From: Candidatus Krumholzibacteriia bacterium
GTDB lineage: Bacteria > Krumholzibacteriota > Krumholzibacteriia > JAJRXK01
Length of the DNA: 64,000 nucleotides
Assembly (NCBI GenBank): GCA_029932915.1
Contig: JAOZPE010000001.1
Location: 32,222-96,221, forward strand
Direction of reading: 5' to 3'
Position numbers and translations under genes: made by a program. The notes under the pieces were generated by a model. That model worked only from the letters and a program-made list of their open reading frames with translations. It was not told the origin of the DNA and did no database searches. Shown piece after piece: positions 47,121 through 57,015 of this stretch (positions are counted from its first letter, which is position 1; each line of letters begins with the position of its first letter).

Positions 47121-47762
47121 GTGTATCCCCGTCGAGGCGTCCTGATCACCTTCGAGGGAGTGGAGGGTTGTGGCAAGTCCACGTTGCTGGACGGCCTGGC
47201 CGCCCGCCTGGAGGAAGCCGGTCTGCCGGTGCGGCGCAGCCGCGAGCCGGGAGGGACGCCCCTGGGGGAGGATGTGCGACGCCTGGTCCTCGACGCCCGC
47301 CACCGGCGGGTGAATCCCTGGAGCGAGTTGTTCCTGATGCTGGCGGCGCGGGCGCAGCTCGTACAGGAGGTCCTGCGGCCGGCGATGGAGAGCCGCCAGA
47401 TCGTTCTGTGTGACCGCTACGGCGACGCCTCCACGGCCTATCAGGGTGTCGGGCGGGGATTGGGCCTGGAGACGGTCGAGCGCCTGAACGAGCTGGCCAC
47501 CGGAGGGCTCGTTCCCGACGTGACCTTTCTCGTCGACCTCGATCCCGCCGAGGGCCAGCGGAGGATGGGCGACCGCGCCCGCGACCGCCTCGAACGCGAG
47601 AAGACCGCATTCCATGAGAGCGTGCGCGAGGGCTATCTCGAGCTGGCCCGACGTCACAGGGGGCGCTTCGAGGTGCTGGACGGAGCTCTTCCCCCCGCTT
47701 CGCTGCTGGAGGAGGCCTGGGCCCGCCTGGAGGACTTCCGCCGCCGGGAGCGGCTCTGGTGA
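47121..47762 (+). CDS. tmk: Thymidylate kinase
   Basis: It has the P-loop FEGVEGCGKST, a DRY-type motif (CDRYGDASTAYQG) and a lid region (RLGDRARDRLE). GTG start. Confidence 0.8.
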   Translation: MYPRRGVLITFEGVEGCGKSTLLDGLAARLEEAGLPVRRSREPGGTPLGEDVRRLVLDARHRRVNPWSELFLMLAARAQLVQEVLRPAMESRQIVLCDRYGDASTAYQGVGRGLGLETVERLNELATGGLVPDVTFLVDLDPAEGQRRMGDRARDRLEREKTAFHESVREGYLELARRHRGRFEVLDGALPPASLLEEAWARLEDFRRRERLW

Positions 47763-47962
47763 CTGGAAAAGGCCCTCCGGCGGCGTTTCCGGAGCGAGCC
47801 TCAAGACGGGTGCCGGCGGAACACATATTGCTGCCGTCGGTACAAGCTCGTACCCTGGGCCAGGTAGGCGTCGTCCTTGTCCATTTCGTGAACTCCGAGT
47901 CGACCCGATTTCCGATCGATCGCCGGTGATCCGGCCCCTTCCAACCTTTTCGAGGATCATCC

Positions 47963-49777
47963 ATGCAGCGTCCCAGCCGTAAACTTCTGATCACCCTGGG
48001 TGTGGTGTGTCTGCTCAGCCTGGGATTCGTTCTCGGTGCGACCGCGGGTCGCGATGAGCGTCCCGACAAGAAGGGGACCCGCAGTCAGGAGTACTACGAC
48101 AGTCTCGAGCTCTTCGGCCGGGTCTACGAGCGCATCACCCGCAACTACGTCGACGAACTCGATCCGCAGGAGCTGATCGACTCGGCGATCGAGGGGATGC
48201 TCGACCAGCTCGATCCGCACAGCCAGCTGTTGACCCCGCAGAGCTACGAAGACCTGATGACCAGTACCCAGGGCGAGTTCGGCGGTCTGGGCATCCAGAT
48301 CACCGTGCGGGACGGATGGATCACCGTGGTGTCGCCCATCGAAGGCACCCCCGCCTATCTCATGGGTATCCAGGGCGGCGACCAGATCGTCGAGATCGAG
48401 GGGGAGAGCACCGAGGGCTGGAAGACCACCGATGCGGTGAAGAAGCTGCGTGGCCCCAAGGGGACCCAGGTCACCATCGGGATCCGCCGCCCCGGCGAGG
48501 ATGCCATCCGCCACTACACCATCACCCGCGACATCATCAAGCTCGAGAGCGTGCCCTATGCGTTCATGATCGACGAGGACGCGAAGGTGGGCTACGTGCG
48601 CATCACCAACTTCGCCCGCACCACCGCCACCGAGCTCAAGACGGCCATCGACTCGCTGAAGGTGCAGGGGATGAAGCGCCTGCTCATCGACCTGCGCTAC
48701 AACCCCGGCGGACTGTTGAGTTCGGCCAAGGACGTCAGTGAACTCTTCCTGAAGGAAGGCCAGCTCATCGTCTACACCAAGGGCCGCTACATGCGGAACA
48801 ACCTCAGCTACTACGCCACCGGCCAGAGCGAGGCCGACTGGGACGACACCCCTCTGCTGGTCCTGGTGAACGGCAGCTCGGCCAGCGCCAGTGAGATCCT
48901 CTCCGGTGCGATCCAGGACCACGACGTGGGGCTCATCGCCGGCCAGACCACCTTCGGGAAGGGTTCGGTGCAGACGGTCTTCGATCTGCCGCCGGACCGC
49001 GCGCTGAAGCTCACCACCGCCCGTTACTACACCCCCAGTGGACGCTCCATCCACCGTGAGCGCACGCGGGAGGGCGAGTTGGTGGAGAAGGGTGGCGAGA
49101 AGGCTTCCGAGGGAAAGGATGACCTCGACGCCACGCAGGAGAAGGACGAGGGCAAGCAGGACGGGGATGAGGACGACGGGTCGTCCGCTCCGAAGGCCTC
49201 GGACGCGGGGGAGGAGCAGACGGACGCCGACGAGCCGACCGAGGTCTTCTTCACCGACATGGGCCGCAAGGTCTACGGCGGGGGCGGCATCACCCCGGAC
49301 GTGGAGATCGAGCCCACGCTGCTGAGCGATCCGGAGCTGTGTCTGGAGCGGGACGGCATCTTCTTCGCCTTCGCCACCGAGTACAGCATCACCCACGACA
49401 AGCTGCCCGCGGACTTCCAGGTGACCCCTGCCATGCTCGATGACTTCTTCGAGAAGGCCTCCGAGCGGGAGAATCTCGAGAAGTACCTCGCCGAGTTCGA
49501 TCTCAAGTGGACCCGCGAACTCATGGACGAGAATCTCCAGTACGTGAAGGACGGGATCCGCCGGGAGATCGAACGGCACTACCATGGTCCGATGGCCGCC
49601 TACCGGATCTCCATCCAGGACGACGGCCAACTCTGGGAGGCGGTCGATCTGTTGCGTCAGGCGGACAACCGCCTCGGTCTGTTCCACGTGGCCGATGAGT
49701 ACAACGCCCACAAGCTGGCCGAGGCGGAAGAGGCCGGGACCGAGGCGGAGAAGGAAGCCGCCGTCCAGGCCCACTGA
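47963..49777 (+). CDS. ctpA: Carboxyl-terminal processing protease (S41, CtpA/Prc-like) with PDZ domain and acidic C-terminal extension
   Basis: It has a signal/TM helix. A PDZ domain (GGLGIQITVRDGWITVVSPIEGTPAY) is followed by the S41 catalytic Ser-Lys context (VLVNGSSASASEILSGAIQ, TFGKGSVQ). The insert is Asp/Glu/Lys-rich (EKDEGKQDGDEDDGSS). Confidence 0.8.
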   Translation: MQRPSRKLLITLGVVCLLSLGFVLGATAGRDERPDKKGTRSQEYYDSLELFGRVYERITRNYVDELDPQELIDSAIEGMLDQLDPHSQLLTPQSYEDLMTSTQGEFGGLGIQITVRDGWITVVSPIEGTPAYLMGIQGGDQIVEIEGESTEGWKTTDAVKKLRGPKGTQVTIGIRRPGEDAIRHYTITRDIIKLESVPYAFMIDEDAKVGYVRITNFARTTATELKTAIDSLKVQGMKRLLIDLRYNPGGLLSSAKDVSELFLKEGQLIVYTKGRYMRNNLSYYATGQSEADWDDTPLLVLVNGSSASASEILSGAIQDHDVGLIAGQTTFGKGSVQTVFDLPPDRALKLTTARYYTPSGRSIHRERTREGELVEKGGEKASEGKDDLDATQEKDEGKQDGDEDDGSSAPKASDAGEEQTDADEPTEVFFTDMGRKVYGGGGITPDVEIEPTLLSDPELCLERDGIFFAFATEYSITHDKLPADFQVTPAMLDDFFEKASERENLEKYLAEFDLKWTRELMDENLQYVKDGIRREIERHYHGPMAAYRISIQDDGQLWEAVDLLRQADNRLGLFHVADEYNAHKLAEAEEAGTEAEKEAAVQAH

Positions 49778-49945
49778 TCGACCCGGCCGGGACGGGAGGG
49801 CTTCGGCAGGGCAGCCGGTCCGGGAGTGTGGTGGAAGGGCAGGTCGAAGCCGGCACCTGGCAGGCGGATGCGGCAGACGGATGTGAAGAAGGGGAGACCG
49901 GCTGGTCTCCCCTTCTTCATTGTCGAGTCATGGGTCGCTCGCCGT

Positions 49946-50740
49946 TCAGCGGGTGCCGAAGAGCGCTTTCACCTGTCCCCACGAGTCGGACTCGGTGGGC
50001 ACCGGCGATGCGGCGCGGATGAGAACCACGAGGTCGTTGAAGTCGTTGTCGGTCGAGTTGGGTCCGGCGGTGGCGGTGATCTCCAGGCCCGAATCGATGT
50101 CCTCCCAGGCCAGGATGTAGGCCGGCTGCCCGAAGAGATAGGAGACGTTGTAGATGAGGCACTGCGGATCGCCGTTCTCCGGGGGATGGATGGCGCCGCT
50201 GCCGTCCGGGCCGATGTCGTTGAGACTACGGTCGGTGTAGAAACGTTCGGGTTGGGGCGCTCCACGGCTGTCCAGCTCACCGTTGGGATCGAGCCAGAAG
50301 CCGAAGCGGATGGGGGTGTCGAAGGTGATGACCTTGGTGGTCCCCACCCCGTCGCTTCCCTCGAAGATCACGCCGTCGTTGAAGCCGTCGATCTCGGGGA
50401 AACCGATCTCGTACCAACCCATGGTGTTGTTGTCCTGATAGCCGGCGAGTTCCTCGACGATCATTCCACTGAAGTCCGAGTCCTCCCAGTAGGGCACCGG
50501 ATCGAGGTCGGCGTCGCCGGGAAGATAGCCCTCGTACATGGTGAGGACGTCGATGTCGCCGGGGGAGTAGGTCGTGGGGAACTCCGTCGAGAGATAGTCG
50601 TCGATGACGTCCTGCAGGGGGACACCGTCCCAGGACGTTCCCCAGCTCACATCGAAGACGGCGTGAGCGGGGGGGGCCATGACGAGACCCAGGGCCACGA
50701 GGGCGATGAGAGCGCCGATGGTGCGGATGCGCAGATGCAT
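49946..50740 (-). CDS. Secreted protein with C-terminal DUF4114-like domain
   Basis: It has a signal peptide (ALIALVALGLVMAPPAHA). The conserved stretch AWEDIDSG...DNDFNDLVVLI resembles the DUF4114 signature (..ED...GGD.D[YF]NDlV). The assignment is from memory. Confidence 0.45.
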   Translation of the reverse strand: MHLRIRTIGALIALVALGLVMAPPAHAVFDVSWGTSWDGVPLQDVIDDYLSTEFPTTYSPGDIDVLTMYEGYLPGDADLDPVPYWEDSDFSGMIVEELAGYQDNNTMGWYEIGFPEIDGFNDGVIFEGSDGVGTTKVITFDTPIRFGFWLDPNGELDSRGAPQPERFYTDRSLNDIGPDGSGAIHPPENGDPQCLIYNVSYLFGQPAYILAWEDIDSGLEITATAGPNSTDNDFNDLVVLIRAASPVPTESDSWGQVKALFGTR

Positions 50741-51101
50741 GAGGGATCCTCTCTGGGAAGTACACTTCTCCGAGAGCACGGCAATGCCGGCGCTGCTCGG
50801 TAGTTCCACCCGTCCGTCCTGCCCCGGAGGCGAACGAGACTCGTGCCAGGAATGGGCTCATTTTATCACCAAACGGCTGGAACGACAAGTAGGTGACTGG
50901 TTTTTGGCCATTCAGGGAAGTACGAGCGCGTTGGAGGGGCCTACGGGGGGCTTTTCCGCCCGTAGAGGCCTGAAGGAGGCTCGGGGCGGGAGCCCGCAGG
51001 TGACAGGTCCGCTCGGGCGCGCTAGGATGCCCGGGTGGGATTCGGCCGGATTTCCCTGAAATCCCTGCAACCTCCTGTCCTTTCAAGGCGTAGAGCATTT
51101 C

Positions 51102-52028
51102 GTGTCCACCGAGACCTACATCGTCCAGGCTCAGGACCTGCACCAGTCCTACGGCCCTCGTCCGGTCCTGCACGGGCTCGACTTCACGCTCTCCCCGGGG
51201 GCGGTGGGCCTGCTGGGTCCCAACGGCAGCGGGAAGACCACCCTCCTGAGGACCCTCCTGGGCCTCTTGCCGGTGGAACCCGGTCACGCCCGGGTCCTGG
51301 GCCACGATCCCGCACTCGAACCGCTGAGGATCCGCTCGAGGATCGGCCTGGTTCCCGAGAGCGAGTGTCTCGTGCCGGGAATGAATGCGGTCGAGTTGAC
51401 CTCCTACGCCGGCGAGCTCAGCGGCATGGATCCCCGCGATGCCATGCAACGGGCCCATCAGGTGCTCTACTACGTGGGATTGGGAGAGGCCCGGTACCGT
51501 GATCTCGGCTCGTACAGTCAGGGCATGAAGCAACGGCTCAAGCTGGCCCAGGCCCTGGTCCATGATCCCGATCTCCTCTTGCTGGACGAGCCCACCAGCG
51601 GCATGGATCCACCGGGGCGGGAGGCCATGCTGGCGCTGATCCGGGAGCTGGCCGGTGTCCATGGGATCTCGGTCATCCTCAGCACGCATCTGCTGGCCGA
51701 CGTGGAGGAGACCTGCAGCAGCGTTCTCATCCTCCAGGAGGGCCGCCTGAAGGCGCAGCGGCCGGTGCTCGCCGATTCCCTGCACCCGCACCTGGTCTTC
51801 GACGTGAAGGGCCGGGGGGATTTCGAGGCGCTCGGAGGGATGCTGGAGTCGGAAGGGCATCACTGGACGGCGATCAAGGGGGGAATCCGGGTCCGCCTGC
51901 GCGAGGATGCGCGGGGGCCTCGGCCCATCCTCGAGGCCTTGACGAAGCTGGAAGGACGGGTCCAGGTGCGACACCTGGTTCCGGCGGGTCGGTCGGTGGA
52001 GGACACCTTCTTCGAGGTGGTGGACTGA
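51102..52028 (+). CDS. ABC transporter ATP-binding protein (first of two)
   Basis: It has Walker A (GPNGSGKTTLL), the signature YSQGMKQRL and Walker B (LLLLDEPTSGMDP). GTG start. Confidence 0.8.
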   Translation: MSTETYIVQAQDLHQSYGPRPVLHGLDFTLSPGAVGLLGPNGSGKTTLLRTLLGLLPVEPGHARVLGHDPALEPLRIRSRIGLVPESECLVPGMNAVELTSYAGELSGMDPRDAMQRAHQVLYYVGLGEARYRDLGSYSQGMKQRLKLAQALVHDPDLLLLDEPTSGMDPPGREAMLALIRELAGVHGISVILSTHLLADVEETCSSVLILQEGRLKAQRPVLADSLHPHLVFDVKGRGDFEALGGMLESEGHHWTAIKGGIRVRLREDARGPRPILEALTKLEGRVQVRHLVPAGRSVEDTFFEVVD

Positions 52029-52885
52029 TGCCCATCTACGACCAGGGTTATGCCCGCTGGGAGGGGAGCCTGCGCCGCCGGCCGCTGCGGTGGTGGCCCA
52101 TCGTGCGGCGGAACTTCCCGGCCGAGTTGCGTCGGCGCCGTACCCTGTTGTTGCTGATGCTGGCCTGGGCGGCGGTCCTGGTCCAGGGGGTCATCCTCTA
52201 CGGTGACCTGCGGGCGGGCGGGCTGTTGCGCTCGTCCGGCCTCCTCAAGGGCGGCATGCTCTACTTCTACCAGGCGGTCAACCACCAGGGACCCTTCGTG
52301 CTGCTCTTCGTGCTCCTGTCGGGGACCGAACTCATCTCCCGCGACCGGCGCTACCAGGCGCTGCAGATCTACTTCTCCCGGCCTCTCACCCGCAACGACT
52401 ACATCCTGGGCAAACTGGGCATCGTGGCGGCCTTCGTGTTCCTGGTGAGCTGGCTGCCGGTGCTCGTGCTCTGGCTCTTCGCGGTGATCGTCAGCACCCA
52501 GCCGGGCTATCTCGCCTCGGTCTGGATGGCTCCGCTCTCCCTCACCGTGTACTGCGCGGTGTGGTCCCTGGCGGCCGGTCTGTTGATCCTCGCCCTGTCC
52601 TCGCTGGCCCGCCGCAGCGCCATCATCGCCGTCAGCTGGGTGCTGCTGTATGGCCTGCTGGTCATCCGCGGGGTGACCACCCTGGTGGCCTCGCTCACCC
52701 ACTGGCCGTACTGGGGCGCCCTCGATCTGGACCGCAACGTCAAACAGGTGGGTGCCTGGTTCTTCGGCGTCGATGGTCCGCTGGACTACTCCCCCCTGTG
52801 GAGCCTTGTGATCGTGGCCGCCGTCGTGGTGGGATGCTATCTGATCCTGCGCCGCAGGATCCGCCCGGTGGAGGTGGCCCTGTGA
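52028..52885 (+). CDS. ABC-2-type transporter permease (first)
   Basis: It has six predicted TM helices and a start overlapping the upstream stop. No further motif. Confidence 0.55.
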   Translation: MPIYDQGYARWEGSLRRRPLRWWPIVRRNFPAELRRRRTLLLLMLAWAAVLVQGVILYGDLRAGGLLRSSGLLKGGMLYFYQAVNHQGPFVLLFVLLSGTELISRDRRYQALQIYFSRPLTRNDYILGKLGIVAAFVFLVSWLPVLVLWLFAVIVSTQPGYLASVWMAPLSLTVYCAVWSLAAGLLILALSSLARRSAIIAVSWVLLYGLLVIRGVTTLVASLTHWPYWGALDLDRNVKQVGAWFFGVDGPLDYSPLWSLVIVAAVVVGCYLILRRRIRPVEVAL

Positions 52886-53832
52886 ACGGCCCGTCGCCAT
52901 CGTCGAGGGTGACCCTGGCCACCGAGGAGCTGAGCCGCTGGTACGGCCAGGTCATCGGCGTCAACGATGTGACGGTGTCCATCACCCCGGGGGTCACCGG
53001 ACTGCTCGGTCTCAACGGGGCAGGCAAGAGCACCCTGTTCAAGGTCATGGCGGGGCAACTGACTCCGTCCAAGGGAGTGGTCCGCGTCCTCGGACACGAT
53101 CTCTTCCGGCATCGGGGTCTCTTCCGCCGCATCGGCTTCGTGGCCGAGGCCGACGCCCTGTACGAGTCGATGACCGGCCGGGAGATGCTCGTGTACCTCA
53201 CCCGCCTGCAGGGCTTCAGCCGGGCCGAGGCCCGCCGTCGGGCCGATGCCGCTTTGGAGCGGACGCACCTGAGTGACGACGCCGACCGCACGGTGCGGGG
53301 CTATTCGAAGGGGATGCGCCAGAAGATCAAGCTCGCCCAGGCGCTCGCGCATGACCCGGAGGTCTTCTTCCTCGACGAACCCTTCAACGGCATGGACCCG
53401 GTGAGCCGGCGTGAGGCCATGGAACTGGTGGTCCGTCTCGGGGAGGAGGGGAAGACGGTCCTGGTGAGCAGCCACATCCTCCACGAGGTCGAGGCCATGA
53501 CCTCCAGGATCCTGCTCATGCACCGGGGAAGGATCCTGGCCGAGGGCGACATCGGTGAGATCCGCGACGCCGTCGAACGCCATCCCCACCGCATCGAGAT
53601 CCGCTGTGACCAGCCGCGGGCGCTGGCCCCGCGTTTCATCGAGATGGAGGAGGTACAGGGGGTGAGGGTGGAATCGGAGAAGATCCTGCTCGTCGAGTCC
53701 GATCTGCCACGAGAAGTCTTCCGCCGGCTTCCCCATCTCGCCCTGGACGCCTCACTGGGCATCCACTCGTGGACCACACTGGACGACGACCTCAAGAGCC
53801 TCTTCGAATACCTGGTGGAGGACGGAAGATGA
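52882..53832 (+). CDS. ABC transporter ATP-binding protein (second)
   Basis: It has Walker A (GLNGAGKSTLF), the signature YSKGMRQKI and Walker B (VFFLDEPFNGMDP). The GTG start overlaps the upstream stop. Confidence 0.8.
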   Translation: MNGPSPSSRVTLATEELSRWYGQVIGVNDVTVSITPGVTGLLGLNGAGKSTLFKVMAGQLTPSKGVVRVLGHDLFRHRGLFRRIGFVAEADALYESMTGREMLVYLTRLQGFSRAEARRRADAALERTHLSDDADRTVRGYSKGMRQKIKLAQALAHDPEVFFLDEPFNGMDPVSRREAMELVVRLGEEGKTVLVSSHILHEVEAMTSRILLMHRGRILAEGDIGEIRDAVERHPHRIEIRCDQPRALAPRFIEMEEVQGVRVESEKILLVESDLPREVFRRLPHLALDASLGIHSWTTLDDDLKSLFEYLVEDGR

Positions 53833-54692
53833 GCGCAGTGGATCCGGCCCAAGGGACCGTCGTCGGCGGGAGCCGTCCCGATGCTCCCGATCGCGTCCTT
53901 CCCGTGGTCCAGACCGTGGGCCTGGTGTACGGAGCCGCCGTGCTCGAACTCGTCCGGCGCAAGCGCCTGGTCTTCCTCGGTCTGGCCCTTCTGCTCCCCC
54001 TGTTGTTGACCGTGGTATGGCGGATCTACGGGATGGACCATCTCGACGCCACCCGTTTCTTCGCCAATCTGGGGGGGATGATCTACCTGAAGGCGCTGGT
54101 CTATCTGGTGAGCCTGTTCTACGGGGTTCCCGCCGTCCATGACGAGATCGAGGGGCACACGCTGGTCTACCTCTTCACGCGCCCACTGTCGAAGATGGCG
54201 ATCTTCGTCGGCCGCCTGTTGGCGGTACAGACCGTGGCCGGTCTGCTGCTGGCTGCCTCGCTGGCGGTGTGTTTCCTGTTGATGATCGTGGGCAACACGG
54301 CGGCGATCGATCTGGAGTTCATCGAGGTCTACACCAACTACTTCCTGGTCGTCCTGTTGGCGGTGTTCTGTTACACCGCCGTCTTCGCTCTGATGGGAAC
54401 GGCTTTCAAGAAGCCGCTGGTATGGGGTGTGCTCTACATCTTCGCCTGGGAGACCAGCGTCTCGGTGATCCCGGCCCGTCTGCAGATGTGGACCCTCGAG
54501 TGGCACCTGCGCAATCTGATTCTCCACCAGCAGGATGTCGCCGCTTCGCTCAACCGTTTCGTGCTCCAGTTCCTGTCGGTGGATTATGCGATGCCCTGGT
54601 GGGGATCGCTGGCGATCCTGCTGGCCGCTCTGTCGATCTTCACCCTCGCCGGCGGCTGGGTGTTCTCGCGCAAGGAGTACCTGCTCGGATGA
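53829..54692 (+). CDS. ABC-2-type transporter permease (second)
   Basis: It has six predicted TM helices. ATG overlaps the upstream stop. Confidence 0.55.
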   Translation: MSAVDPAQGTVVGGSRPDAPDRVLPVVQTVGLVYGAAVLELVRRKRLVFLGLALLLPLLLTVVWRIYGMDHLDATRFFANLGGMIYLKALVYLVSLFYGVPAVHDEIEGHTLVYLFTRPLSKMAIFVGRLLAVQTVAGLLLAASLAVCFLLMIVGNTAAIDLEFIEVYTNYFLVVLLAVFCYTAVFALMGTAFKKPLVWGVLYIFAWETSVSVIPARLQMWTLEWHLRNLILHQQDVAASLNRFVLQFLSVDYAMPWWGSLAILLAALSIFTLAGGWVFSRKEYLLG

Positions 54693-54753
54693 ACGGTCTG
54701 CGTCTCCGTTCGCTGCATGTCCTCCGTTCCCTGCATCTCGGCGGGTTCCATCG

Positions 54754-55374
54754 ATGAGTCTGCGTTTCCCCGCCTCCCGCCGCTTGCGGCGCCGTTTCTT
54801 CACCCGTGACCCCATCACTCTCGCGATGGACCTGCTGGGCTGCGCCCTGGTGTGGAAGAAGGGTGATCGGGTCCTGGCGGTGCGTCTGGTGGAGGTGGAG
54901 GCCTACCTGGGCGAGGGGGAGGATCCGGCCAGTCACGCCTGGCGGGGACGGACGGCCCGCAATTCCCAGATGTTTGCAACCGGCGGCCGTCTCTACGTGT
55001 ACTTCACCTACGGCATGCACTACTGCATGAACGTGGTGTCGGGAAAGGAGGGGCAGGCGGGGGCGGTCCTGTTGAGAGCGGCCGAGCCCCTGGTGGGGGA
55101 GGCCCTCATGGAACGGCGCCGCGGGCGTGGTGGACGTGAGTTGACCAATGGTCCGGCCAAGCTGTGCCAGGCCATGGGAATCGATCTGCGGCACAATGGT
55201 CTGGACCTGGTCGAGGGGCCACTGGGGATCTGGCCCCATGAGCGCCCCGGATCGATCGTCCGCACGCCGAGGATCGGCATCCGGAGGGGTCGGGAGCTGC
55301 TTCTACGCTTCCACGATCCGGTATCCCCCTATGTGTCCCACCGCTCGCAGCGGAAGCCGCGAAGCGAGCACTGA
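54754..55374 (+). CDS. mpg: DNA-3-methyladenine glycosylase (Mpg/AAG family)
   Basis: LAVRLVEVEAYLGEGEDPASHAWRGRTARNSQMFATGGRLYVYFTYGMHYCMNVV is a canonical Mpg-family core. Confidence 0.8.
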   Translation: MSLRFPASRRLRRRFFTRDPITLAMDLLGCALVWKKGDRVLAVRLVEVEAYLGEGEDPASHAWRGRTARNSQMFATGGRLYVYFTYGMHYCMNVVSGKEGQAGAVLLRAAEPLVGEALMERRRGRGGRELTNGPAKLCQAMGIDLRHNGLDLVEGPLGIWPHERPGSIVRTPRIGIRRGRELLLRFHDPVSPYVSHRSQRKPRSEH

Positions 55375-55500
55375 TGAAGGGAGACTTTGACCGATGGCAT
55401 CGAGTGCTGGTAATGTTCACTTCCTGCGGCGAGACCCCCGGTGGCTTCGTCCCTTGTTTTCTCCATTCCTCGACAGCCTCTCATACTCGGAGGAGGGCAG

Positions 55501-57015
55501 ATGCGCAGAGCAGTTCTGACGTGTCTTTTCCTGCTGGCGATCCTTGTTCAGAGCGTCGCCGTCGCGAGCGCCCAGGACATCGCGAGACTGGAAAAGAGCA
55601 TCACCACTTTCACGTTGGACAACGGTCTACGTTTCATCGTGGTGGAACGCCACGAGGCACCGGTGTTCAGCTACGTCTCCATGTGCAAGGTGGGTTCGGT
55701 GAACGAAGTACCCGGAATCACCGGCCTGGCGCACATGTTCGAACACATGGCATTCAAGGGCTCGACGCAGATCGGGACCAAGGACTACTCCAAGGAGAAG
55801 AAGGCGCTCGATGCGGTGGACGAGGCCCAGGCCCGATGGTGGCAACTGAAACTCAGCGGCGCCGATGAGGCTGAGATCCAGGAGGCCATGGATGCGATGA
55901 AGGCGGCCGAGGATGCCGCCGATGAATTCGTCGTCACCAACGAGTTCGGCAACATCGTCGAAGAGGCGGGGGGTACCGGTCTGAACGCCTCGACCGAGAG
56001 CGATGTGACGACCTACTTCTACAAACTTCCCAGCAACAAGCTCGAGCTATGGGCCTATCTGGAATCGCAGCGTTTCATGCACCCGGTCTTCCGCGAGTTC
56101 TACAAGGAACGCGATGTGGTGGAGGAGGAGCGCCGCATGCGGGTCGACTCCTCGCCCTTCGGCCGTCTGCTGGAGGAGTTCGTGGCCACCGCCTACAAGG
56201 CCCATCCCTACGGGCAGCCGACCATCGGTCATATGAGTGATCTGGAGGCATTCACCCGTGGGGACGCCCGGGCGTTCCGTGACAAGTACTATGTGCCCGG
56301 GAACGTGGTGTTCTGTCTGGTCGGCGACGTCGATCCCGCCCAGGTGCAGAAACTGGCCAAGAAGTATTTCGGCTCGTGGAAGAAGGCCCCGGTTCCCGAA
56401 CCGGTGCGCACCGTCGAGCCCGAGCAGATCGCGATGAGGACGGTGGTGCTGGAGGATCCGGGACAACCGCTCCTGGTGATGGGTTATCACAAGCCCGCGG
56501 CCAGCGATCCCGATGACACCGCCTTCAAGGTTCTCACCGAAGTGCTGGCGAACGGGCGCAGCAGCCGCTTGTTCCGGCGTCTGGTCAAGGAGGACAAGTC
56601 GGCGGTCCAGTTGGGGGCCTTCGTCGGCTATCCCGGAGAGCTCTATCCCTCGCTCTTCCTGATCTACGCGGTTCCGTCCAAGGGCTTCACCGCGGAGCAA
56701 TGCGAGAACACCATCTTCGAGGAGATCGAGGCCATCCAGGACGGGCAGATCACCGCGGCCGAGCTGCAATCGGCCCAGACCCGGCTGAAGGCCAATTGGA
56801 TCCGCAGTATGCGTTCCAACACCGGTCTGGCCCGGCGGCTGTGCGGCGATGAGATCATCCTGGGTGACTGGAAGAAGGGTCTGGACTTCGCCCGGGAGGT
56901 CGATGCGGTCACCGTCGACGACCTCACCCGTCTGGCCCAGCACTACCTGATCAAGAAGAATCTCACGGTGGGCACCATCGTGACGGAGAAGAAGGAGGCC
57001 AAGGATGCGAGCTAG
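55501..57015 (+). CDS. M16-family zinc peptidase, catalytically competent subunit
   Basis: It has a signal peptide and the inverted zinc motif HxxEH (GLAHMFEHMAFKGS). Confidence 0.8.
   Translation: MRRAVLTCLFLLAILVQSVAVASAQDIARLEKSITTFTLDNGLRFIVVERHEAPVFSYVSMCKVGSVNEVPGITGLAHMFEHMAFKGSTQIGTKDYSKEKKALDAVDEAQARWWQLKLSGADEAEIQEAMDAMKAAEDAADEFVVTNEFGNIVEEAGGTGLNASTESDVTTYFYKLPSNKLELWAYLESQRFMHPVFREFYKERDVVEEERRMRVDSSPFGRLLEEFVATAYKAHPYGQPTIGHMSDLEAFTRGDARAFRDKYYVPGNVVFCLVGDVDPAQVQKLAKKYFGSWKKAPVPEPVRTVEPEQIAMRTVVLEDPGQPLLVMGYHKPAASDPDDTAFKVLTEVLANGRSSRLFRRLVKEDKSAVQLGAFVGYPGELYPSLFLIYAVPSKGFTAEQCENTIFEEIEAIQDGQITAAELQSAQTRLKANWIRSMRSNTGLARRLCGDEIILGDWKKGLDFAREVDAVTVDDLTRLAQHYLIKKNLTVGTIVTEKKEAKDAS

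Noticed and set aside
50852-50896. 14-codon ORF (MGSFYHQTAGTTSR) in the lower-GC gap upstream of the ABC/M16 block, considered as a RiPP precursor
   Set aside because: It has no proper RBS spacing and is too short and unstructured. It has no Gly-Gly or leader features.
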